37,493 nucleotides of DNA from an uncultured Gemmataceae bacterium (GTDB lineage Bacteria > Planctomycetota > Planctomycetia > Gemmatales > Gemmataceae): contig CAKZUU010000144.1 of NCBI GenBank assembly GCA_937922175.1, positions 1-37,493 on the forward strand, given 5' to 3'. Numbering within the stretch: position 1 is the stretch's first letter; every line of letters begins with the position of its first letter. Below are positions 9,816 to 16,712 of the stretch, piece by piece. A model generated the notes under the pieces. That model worked only from the letters and a program-made list of their open reading frames with translations, ran no database searches and was not told where the DNA came from. A program made the position numbers and the translations under genes.

Positions 9816-11537
9816 CTAAATCATCGTCCTTTTACTCGTCCCCCCCGGAGCATCGGCTGATTGGGATAAGGCCTCGGCAATCATCCGGGCGATGAGTAGT
9901 TCGATCGACCATGAGGTCAAAGCTGAGGAACTTTTGATCCTCTCATGTACGGTGTCCTCGATTTCCCGCATATATCGCCGACCTGCTTTGGGCTGTTTGT
10001 CCCGAATCACTCGGATGACGTCGGTTTGAATCGCATCGCTAAGGTTTTCGTCTGGCCAACCATCATAAACATTTGCCAACGATCGCAAATCATAAGGTAG
10101 TTTGTTGGGAAGAGCCTGCTTCCGAATCAATTCGGCATATTCCATCAGTCGCTGATCAGGCTTATCTTCCCAACTCCGTCGAAAAAATATGGGGGCACCG
10201 CTCCGCTTGTGCAGATGGATCGCTAAACCATTACGATCGGGTTGTTTGGCACATTTTTCGGCAGTTCGGCCGTATTCCAAAAGATCCTCGAGATTGTCCA
10301 TGCAGTGCCCGATCGCAATTCCAACAGAAAGAGTCGGCTTTTGATGGCCTTCGCCGCTGTACTTGGCCAAAGCATTGGAGAACGCGTCGTGCAGGGCACG
10401 AGCGCAGAGGAGACAGGTATCAAGGGGGAGGAAGGCAAGGACATCGTCGCCACCGGCATAAACCAACACGCCGTGGTGCTTATGGACAATTTGCCGAGCG
10501 TTGCCAGCAAATTGCGACAGCGTCGATGAAAACTGCCGGTTCGCGTCCGCGTCAGGCAAACGCGAGATCGTCGCCCCCATGCGATCGCCGTCGGCAATCA
10601 AAACAGCAAAATAAGGGATCGGTTCGGGAAGGTTCGCCAAGCAGGCCCGAATTTGTCGAAGGTGCTCGTCAGTCAGCTTGGTTTCCTCCTCCCATTGGCG
10701 ATGTCGGCTTGAGTAGAGAACAATGCCTTCGTAGGGAAAGTTCTCAAACACCTCGTGCTTCACGCGATGGAGGGAGCCTTTCTTAGCGAGATCGTTACAG
10801 GACTCGACAAGTTTTTTAAATTGTTCTTTTTTTTGATTGCCTCGCACCCACGGATCAGCCGCAACGCGCATCACTGATGGATAGTTACGAGAACCGCCGG
10901 CGGCACGCTTCGTCAATCCGACGATGTCCAATTGTTCGCCGGACGACAAGCGCAGACGCAGGAGTTTGCCCGTGCTCTTTTGACGGTCGAATTCTTCGAG
11001 CACTGTTTCGCGTTGGCCATCAAGTGACGACTTGGGAAGCGCGACGGTGACGGGATTCGAGTGAAAAGCACGATAGTTTTTGCAGCCGGCGAGGAGGCGC
11101 ATCAATCGATTTCTGTCAGCGCGATATCGCTCGGGAGAATAAGGCACCCAAGCCGCATAAACTTCGAGCACATCATCGACCTGTGCCTTCCAGATGGGGG
11201 AGCGAATATACTCGGCAAAGTCCTCGAAGGCCTCCTGGGTATACGAGCGCCATTTTTCATGAGCCTTGTCCCGAGCAAAGCGGAAGATATGATTAGGGTC
11301 CTGATTGGGAAGCTCCGCGAGGATGACATTGGCGACGCTTTCATTTTCGTCGTTATCGCTTAGGTCGGCATCTTGGGCAGGGAAGATGAGTCGTCCTCCG
11401 CGCTCGCGGATTTCCCGAGCAGCCGCTTTGCTCACTTCGGAGAGCATGAAGGAGCCGAACCACAAATCCCGTGTTCGTCGGGCGGCAGCGATGAAATCTT
11501 GAACGGGACCGATGGAAACAGCGAGTAAATAACTCAT
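9816..11537 (-). CDS. cas10: Cas10/Cmr2, short form without an HD domain
   Basis: Begins directly with SIGPVQDFIAAARRTRDLWFGS. Palm motifs are VLIADGDRMG and VYAGGDDVLAF; GGDD is encoded at 10443-10454 (reverse complement GGTGGCGACGAT). 573 aa, with no HD-type His/Asp motif at the N-terminus. Confidence 0.92.
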   Translation of the reverse strand: MSYLLAVSIGPVQDFIAAARRTRDLWFGSFMLSEVSKAAAREIRERGGRLIFPAQDADLSDNDENESVANVILAELPNQDPNHIFRFARDKAHEKWRSYTQEAFEDFAEYIRSPIWKAQVDDVLEVYAAWVPYSPERYRADRNRLMRLLAGCKNYRAFHSNPVTVALPKSSLDGQRETVLEEFDRQKSTGKLLRLRLSSGEQLDIVGLTKRAAGGSRNYPSVMRVAADPWVRGNQKKEQFKKLVESCNDLAKKGSLHRVKHEVFENFPYEGIVLYSSRHRQWEEETKLTDEHLRQIRACLANLPEPIPYFAVLIADGDRMGATISRLPDADANRQFSSTLSQFAGNARQIVHKHHGVLVYAGGDDVLAFLPLDTCLLCARALHDAFSNALAKYSGEGHQKPTLSVGIAIGHCMDNLEDLLEYGRTAEKCAKQPDRNGLAIHLHKRSGAPIFFRRSWEDKPDQRLMEYAELIRKQALPNKLPYDLRSLANVYDGWPDENLSDAIQTDVIRVIRDKQPKAGRRYMREIEDTVHERIKSSSALTSWSIELLIARMIAEALSQSADAPGGTSKRTMI

Positions 11538-12853
11538 CGCGTCACCTCTGTGAATCCTTCCGATCGGGCAAAACTGCGAAAGGCCTCAATCGCAGAGCCA
11601 TTCGGTGAACGGTCTTGCATCGGAGAGTGTTCATACCTCGCCAGCCGGGGATCGCGAATGGACGTCGGCGTTGGCAGCTTCAGCGATTGATCGCCCTGAC
11701 GTAAATCCACCCCGGTGAGAAGAGGTGTCTTCAACTGCACTATGAGGGGAACGAAACGACCATTCTGCAATGCGACCGGCTTGAGAATGAGCGGACTGGC
11801 CATTCGCTCGCGCTTTTCACCATCGGGACCGGCATCAGGGTACAGCACGGTGTCGGGTGGCTCCCCTTTATCTTTGAAATGGAAGACGATCGGCAGTCCC
11901 AACTCGGCCCGCGGAAAGGCATCGTCCGGGATCGATGCCGTTCGTTGATGCTGATTGTGGCGTTGTTTCGTCACTCGCCGGATCGTCTCCGGTTCCGGCC
12001 AGCGCAAGCGCCCCGGCTGATTCGACCGCTGGCCTGGATTTCGTTCGACCCCGACCCCTTGCCGGAACTTTTGAAAAAGTCGGATGACTTCGTTCCAAGC
12101 CCGGATGGGTTCCTTGTACTCGCGACCGACAAGGATGGCAGCGGCGAGAGTCGGCCATTCCTTCGGAGCATCGGACGATAAGTAGCCTTTCAGCCGCGAC
12201 TGCAAATCATTGAGGTCTTGTGCCAGGAACGATTGACACATGATGGCTCCGCAACCCCGGCGCGTCCGACTGCCCAACCCGCCGAAGGTGATCCAAGCGA
12301 TCAGGGCTGGTTCGACCTGCTTCGCAAAATCCACGGTCTCGGCGCAATCGATCGTCAGCCGGAAGCTGGCTTTGGGGATGAATTGAGCAGGTTGAACCTC
12401 GATCTGCTGCCCACCTTTCGCCAGCTGTCCCTGAAACGGGAACAAAGCGTAAGGAAGAGCCGTGTCCTGGAATGGTGGGTTCCAAGTGGGCACCGAGCGG
12501 TAACGGTCCGGATTCTCATCAAAACGAGCGCACCGAAGAACGGGGTCAGCCTTGATGTCATCCACCCGTACTTGCACTTTGCTGGCCTGTTCCGTGTTAC
12601 CCCAGATCGCCGACTGAGCATCTCGAAGTTCACCACGGGTCCGGTACTGAAGACCGACCGTTGCCCGCCACCAAAATTGCAGTTGCCCACGAATGCTGGT
12701 AGGTCGGATCGGGAGATCGGTATCAATCGTCCTCGTCTCGACGCCGCCACCAAACATGGGCGTGATAAGTTCGATTTGATAGGTTCGGGAATTATTTGTG
12801 GTCCGCGAGGGCAAAACTTGCGGGCAGGTCGGAAGATGATTCGGTCGCGGCAT
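11534..12853 (-). CDS. cmr1: Type III-B RAMP Cmr1
   Basis: YQIELITPMFGGG and IRPTSIRGQLQFWWRA. The ORF opens at 12868, but the second ATG (12851-12853) is preceded by AGGAG plus a 6-nt spacer. It has a 4-nt overlap with cas10. Confidence 0.85.
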   Translation of the reverse strand: MPRPNHLPTCPQVLPSRTTNNSRTYQIELITPMFGGGVETRTIDTDLPIRPTSIRGQLQFWWRATVGLQYRTRGELRDAQSAIWGNTEQASKVQVRVDDIKADPVLRCARFDENPDRYRSVPTWNPPFQDTALPYALFPFQGQLAKGGQQIEVQPAQFIPKASFRLTIDCAETVDFAKQVEPALIAWITFGGLGSRTRRGCGAIMCQSFLAQDLNDLQSRLKGYLSSDAPKEWPTLAAAILVGREYKEPIRAWNEVIRLFQKFRQGVGVERNPGQRSNQPGRLRWPEPETIRRVTKQRHNQHQRTASIPDDAFPRAELGLPIVFHFKDKGEPPDTVLYPDAGPDGEKRERMASPLILKPVALQNGRFVPLIVQLKTPLLTGVDLRQGDQSLKLPTPTSIRDPRLARYEHSPMQDRSPNGSAIEAFRSFARSEGFTEVTR

Positions 12854-12935
12854 CGTCGGCTCCTGCATGTCGCGAAGACAAGCTCCTCTATTAAAACGCG
12901 GACCATTTGGATTGCAATGACAGCCGATGAGATAT

Positions 12936-12958
12936 GGGCCGAATCTTTCGGCTTGCCC
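12936..12958 (-). terminator. Hairpin between the pterin-binding gene and cmr1 (possible terminator or insulator, no U-tract)
   Basis: Perfect GCCGAA/TTCGGC stem (12938-12943 and 12947-12952) with a 3-nt loop, plus flanking GG/CC pairs. It lies about 50 nt after the stop at 13007. Confidence 0.3.
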
Positions 12959-13006
12959 TACATTCCGCCTGACAGCTGATCCAGATCGGGCCTGGTCCGC
13001 GTGAAG

Positions 13007-14401
13007 TCAATCATCAACGCTGTTGACGGGAGGATGAGAAACTTCCGGTCGGGTCAAGAATCCCCAGCGCAAGGGTTGGTCTTGAATATATTCCTTGCCC
13101 AAAGTCAGGGCGATCACGGCTTTGGCCATCTCATAACCGAGATAGAATGCGTGAGAAGGGGTCATCTTTGGATCATTTTCGCACACCTGCTGAAACAACT
13201 CGAACGGGTCCGATCCGGTAAGGTAGAAGGATCGCCTCATGAGGTGAAGTTGATCGGCGGCAGTGAAGATTCGGTAGTTAGGATCGGTCAAACGGTCGGC
13301 GAATTCACGCAGGGTATTTTCGCTCAGAGGTCGAACCTTCGGATCGCGGAGAAGAAGCAGGTTCGGCTCGAGGCGCTTCGGAGGGAGCCGATGACGGACG
13401 GAATGGAAGACTAATCGGCGGGCGAGATCCAATTCCCGGACCGAGGTTCGGCACCAGTTTGCCACCTGCGTCGTTAATACGCTGGTGATCCCCAATTCTT
13501 GACAAAAACCCAGGAGCAGCACGTTGATGCCTGCCGAGTCGGCATCGGTCAATTCGGTCAGGTTGCCGACTCCCATGAGCATGGGGGCATCGGGATAACG
13601 GCGGCGAACTTCCAGATAACGGCCCAGGGAAGCGGCGAATCCCAAGCCAATCGGTTCGATGATGGGATCGACGCGAAACCTCACGCCCTCTCGATGCAAC
13701 TGGGTCAGGGTCCGATCCAAAGAATCCAAGTCGTCGGGCACGTCGGGGATGGCAACAACTTCGGCATTCCAGCGCTCGGACCATTCTTTCGCTCGATCAA
13801 CGTTGCTGCCGTTGACCGAAAGGACGAGTTCGGCACCGGCAGCCAAAGCTCGAGCCACCTCGTCAGGGTCGAAGCTGTCGATGGATACCCGAAACCCCTC
13901 GGCGTGCAGGCGGTGGACCACCTCGCCGATTCCCAACCAAGGCTCGCCCGGGTCACACCCCAGGTCAATCAGGTCGGCTCCATCGCTGCGAAGGGTATGC
14001 GCGAGGGCAAGGATCTGAGTCGGTTCGAGTTGGGCGATGTGGTTGATTTCGGCGATAATTTCGATGTCGTATTTCCCGTCGTCGTGCGGTGGAGAAGTCT
14101 TTCGACCGAAATACTCGGGAAGGTCGCGCAAATCAATGGGGCCTCGCTCGACATGCGGATGAGCGATCTTGTCGAGTTTGCCGCGGACCAGGCCGGGTAG
14201 GATGACTCGCTCGGCGTCAGCCGGAGGTTGCCAATGTCGCGCGATCCAGTCGGTCGTCAACAAGGCGGCGACACTGATCGGCAAGACGACGATGTCGGGT
14301 TGGAAGTTGTATGACTCCGCCAACTCGTTGACGATCCGCCGAAGGGCCGGCTCGGCAAGTTTACCCGTGACGAAGACAATCCGGGGTGTGACGGACTCCA
14401 T
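13007..14401 (-). CDS. Dihydropteroate synthase-like pterin-binding protein with an N-terminal extra domain (possible H4MPT/folate-type cofactor biosynthesis)
   Basis: ADLIDLGCDPGEP, VSIDSFDP, VLSVNG, DPIIEPIGLGF and MGVGNLTELTD resemble pterin-binding (DHPS) barrel motifs. The ~130-aa N-terminal domain resembles the one fused in archaeal/methylotroph DHPS-like proteins. Confidence 0.7.
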   Translation of the reverse strand: MESVTPRIVFVTGKLAEPALRRIVNELAESYNFQPDIVVLPISVAALLTTDWIARHWQPPADAERVILPGLVRGKLDKIAHPHVERGPIDLRDLPEYFGRKTSPPHDDGKYDIEIIAEINHIAQLEPTQILALAHTLRSDGADLIDLGCDPGEPWLGIGEVVHRLHAEGFRVSIDSFDPDEVARALAAGAELVLSVNGSNVDRAKEWSERWNAEVVAIPDVPDDLDSLDRTLTQLHREGVRFRVDPIIEPIGLGFAASLGRYLEVRRRYPDAPMLMGVGNLTELTDADSAGINVLLLGFCQELGITSVLTTQVANWCRTSVRELDLARRLVFHSVRHRLPPKRLEPNLLLLRDPKVRPLSENTLREFADRLTDPNYRIFTAADQLHLMRRSFYLTGSDPFELFQQVCENDPKMTPSHAFYLGYEMAKAVIALTLGKEYIQDQPLRWGFLTRPEVSHPPVNSVDD

Positions 14402-14572
14402 GATGTCAGGTTATCGTGGTGGCGCGGCGGTAGGGTAGGTCCAGACGATCACGATCTGCCTAGGACCGAGGATCGCGGGCGAACCGTCGTGACGATCGAC
14501 ACGGGATTCGAGGATCGTCGGGAGGACAGTGAACGACGACGAAATGAATTGATGGGGCGGCGAGGCATCAAG

Positions 14573-14824
14573 TCACCGAAGCCGCCCCAGGTCGGGTGCC
14601 GATTTTGCGGCATGGGGTGCGAGCAAAACCCGAGAGGTCTCGGGACGGTCACCCAAACCTGGTAGCGACTCATGGGCTGACCATCGTCCCAGCGCCTGTG
14701 GAGCAACCGTCTGAGTGGTAGGCCTCAAGCGGTTCTTGGGACAGGGCAAGAGGTGGGCACTGTCGACGGCCAACGTCGGGGTGTTAGCCGGCGTGGGCGA
14801 TAGCCGGCCAACACGATTCTTCAT
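14573..14824 (-). CDS. Candidate small ORF (83 aa, hypothetical)
   Basis: The ATG at 14822-14824 is preceded by AGGAGA plus a 5-nt spacer. The stop lies inside an 8-bp GC hairpin (14554-14588). The product is Pro/Thr/Leu-rich with no recognisable family. It is an internal start of track ORF 14573-14992. Confidence 0.3.
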   Translation of the reverse strand: MKNRVGRLSPTPANTPTLAVDSAHLLPCPKNRLRPTTQTVAPQALGRWSAHESLPGLGDRPETSRVLLAPHAAKSAPDLGRLR

Positions 14825-14881
14825 GGAAATCTCCTGGAGCTCGGAATCGGCCTCTCTGACGTAGCAGGGCAGAAGCACTCT

Positions 14882-14890
14882 TGCTATAAA
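14882..14890 (+). promoter_or_regulatory. Extended -10-like element TGCTATAAA upstream of the ECF sigma gene
   Basis: TGnTATAAa lies 35 nt upstream of the ATG at 14925. No convincing -35 element. Confidence 0.3.
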
Positions 14891-14924
14891 AAGGGGTCGA
14901 GGTTGTCGGCGAGATGAGAGCCCC

Positions 14925-15539
14925 ATGCCTGCAACTCCTGTCAGTTTGATCGAGCGAATTCGTTCTGATCGCACCGGCTCGGATTGGAACAAGTTTGTCC
15001 AAATTTACACGCCTCTGCTGCGTCGTTGGCTGTATCGCTCGATCACTCACCCCGCCGACATCGAGGATCTGATTCAAGATATTCTCACCGTCGTGGTGAC
15101 CAAATTGCCGGAGTTCCAGCACACCGGCGCTCCCGGTGCCTTTTGGGCTTGGCTTCGCCTCATCGTGGCTTACCGGTTGAAAAACTTCTGGAGGCAGGTC
15201 CGACGGCAGCCTCTGGTCGGTAGCATCCAGTTCGAGCAACTCGCTTCGTCCCTCGAAGATTCGACAAATGATCTTTCTCGACTCTGGGATCAGGAACACG
15301 ACAAACACGTCGTGGCGACTCTTCTGTCTGAGATTCGCCATGAATTCAGTGCCCTCACCTGGGAGATGTTCGACCGCTACGTTCTTCAAGGGATGCCTCC
15401 GGCCCGGGTTGCGGCCGAACTCAATGTCACACGCAACGCCGTCTTCATCGCGCGATCTCGCATTCTCCGTCGGCTCCGCGAAGAGGGGGGAGTGCTCCTC
15501 CCCTCCGACCCCGACGACTCCTCTGTGCCGCCCCATTAG
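14925..15539 (+). CDS. ECF-type RNA polymerase sigma-70 family factor
   Basis: 204 aa. Region 2-like DIEDLIQDILTVVV and region 4 HTH VAAELNVTRNAVFIARSRILRRLRE. Confidence 0.9.
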   Translation: MPATPVSLIERIRSDRTGSDWNKFVQIYTPLLRRWLYRSITHPADIEDLIQDILTVVVTKLPEFQHTGAPGAFWAWLRLIVAYRLKNFWRQVRRQPLVGSIQFEQLASSLEDSTNDLSRLWDQEHDKHVVATLLSEIRHEFSALTWEMFDRYVLQGMPPARVAAELNVTRNAVFIARSRILRRLREEGGVLLPSDPDDSSVPPH

Positions 15540-15753
15540 GAAATACCAAATCGTCTTGGTTTCTTTCACCATTGACAAAATTTTTTGCAACAAAATGCGT
15601 CAGCCGGATGGCGGTTTTTTCCCCTTGGAACCATGACGCTCTGAAAGAACTGCGGACCGGCGTTCGATCTTTTCTTCATAGGAAAGGTTCGGCGGAGTCC
15701 CAATTTGACGAGAAAGGCTCGGACGTCGATTTTCTCTCTTTTTAGGGCCGCCC

Positions 15754-16020
15754 ATGGACGTTGCATCACATCATCCCAGTGACGAATTGTTGTCGCGCTT
15801 TCACGATGGAGGGCTGTCGGGAGTTCAGGCGGCTCAGATCGAGTCGCACTTGGCTCAATGTCCGGACTGCGTGACCCGTCTTGAACGGCTGCCCAGCGAC
15901 AGCCGGTTGATCCAATTGATTCGCGGCTTGGAATTCGACATTTCGGATGCGACGCCGATTCCTGGGGAAATTCGCTTCAAGCCGGCGACCGAAGCGCACG
16001 GCGGAGCCGACAAGAGATGA
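15754..16020 (+). CDS. Short zf-HC2-type putative anti-sigma factor (88 aa, no transmembrane segment)
   Basis: ELLSRFHDGGLSGVQAAQIESHLAQCPDCVTRLERL matches the HxxxCxxC anti-sigma N-terminal domain. It lies downstream of the ECF sigma gene. Confidence 0.55.
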   Translation: MDVASHHPSDELLSRFHDGGLSGVQAAQIESHLAQCPDCVTRLERLPSDSRLIQLIRGLEFDISDATPIPGEIRFKPATEAHGGADKR

Positions 16021-16153
16021 TCGTTTCAAAGAGCCCTCCTTTTCGCGGACTCATGTGCGGATTGACGACACAACAGGTGGGCGGAATCGGCTCGCGCGAT
16101 GGGGGCTTCCTCGACAAATGAAGGCGAGCGATCGCTCCGGTTGGAGGGTGGAT

Positions 16154-16162
16154 TGCTAGAAT
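16154..16162 (+). promoter_or_regulatory. Extended -10-like element TGCTAGAAT upstream of the CBS gene
   Basis: TGnTAgAAT lies 65 nt upstream of the ATG at 16227. GGAGCGAGG at 16211-16219 is a plausible RBS. Confidence 0.3.
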
Positions 16163-16226
16163 CGCTCAGTGGCACTGAATTTGCGGTCTTCGGGACTCGG
16201 TCGATCACCTGGAGCGAGGCACAGCC

Positions 16227-16712
16227 ATGAAAGCCACAGCGACTCGATTGACTTTACAGGCAGATACGGCGGCCGATCTGATGTCGGAGAATCCGATCTC
16301 GTTGCGGGCCGATGCCAGCGTCCAAGAGGCCATCGCCCTGATGACCGATCGGGGGTTCGCAGCGGCTCCAGTGATCGACGACACAGGCCGGCCCATCGGC
16401 GTCGTCAGTGTCACTGACATTTTGGTGCACGATCGAGAATACGTCCGCTACTTGAAGTCGGACGCCACGGTCACCGCTGATCTCCGCAACCGTTCCTCGC
16501 TGCCGGAGGACATGGGCATTGAAATCGTCGATCGCACGCCGATTAGCGAGATCATGACCCCCGCGGTTTTCACGATTCGGCCGGACACATCGGCCGCCGA
16601 AGTCGTTCGGACCATGTTAGCGCGGAAAGTCCATCACCTCTTCGTCGCGGACGAGAGTGGAGTGCTGGTCGGCGTCATCAGCATGGGCGATATTCTCAGG
16701 AAATTAGGCTGA
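16227..16712 (+). CDS. CBS domain pair protein
   Basis: 161 aa with two CBS-like units (GFAAAPVIDDTGRPIGVVSVTDIL and KVHHLFVADESGVLVGVISMGDIL). Confidence 0.85.
   Translation: MKATATRLTLQADTAADLMSENPISLRADASVQEAIALMTDRGFAAAPVIDDTGRPIGVVSVTDILVHDREYVRYLKSDATVTADLRNRSSLPEDMGIEIVDRTPISEIMTPAVFTIRPDTSAAEVVRTMLARKVHHLFVADESGVLVGVISMGDILRKLG

Noticed and set aside
6069-12868. An impression that the cmr operon has lower GC than its flanks (a horizontal-transfer island)
   Set aside because: Hand counts of 60-nt lines inside the operon gave 26, 25, 29, 32 and 40 G+C out of 60. Flanking lines gave 29 and 39 out of 60. The ranges overlap, so the claim cannot be supported without a proper windowed GC or codon-usage calculation.
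12888-12917. TTGCAA-N17/18-TAATAG as a sigma-70-type promoter for the cmr operon
   Set aside because: The -10 match is poor (about 3 of 6). It is plausible but not supportable without TSS data.
14485-14540. Assigning the nested hairpin upstream of the pterin-binding gene to a THF or ZTP riboswitch
   Set aside because: I could not find the conserved core sequences I remember for those classes. It is kept only as an unclassified structure in the findings.
15601-15652. A T6 run after a short stem (15603-15620) as the sigma-gene terminator, and GGAAC at 15627-15631 as an ECF -35 element
   Set aside because: The stem is only 3-4 bp. No CGTC-like -10 element lies 16-17 nt downstream of GGAAC.
16021-16226. 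A possible remnant of a Ser/Thr kinase domain downstream of the short anti-sigma ORF
   Set aside because: Translations of all three forward frames show no glycine-loop or kinase-like motifs, and the frames are interrupted by stops.
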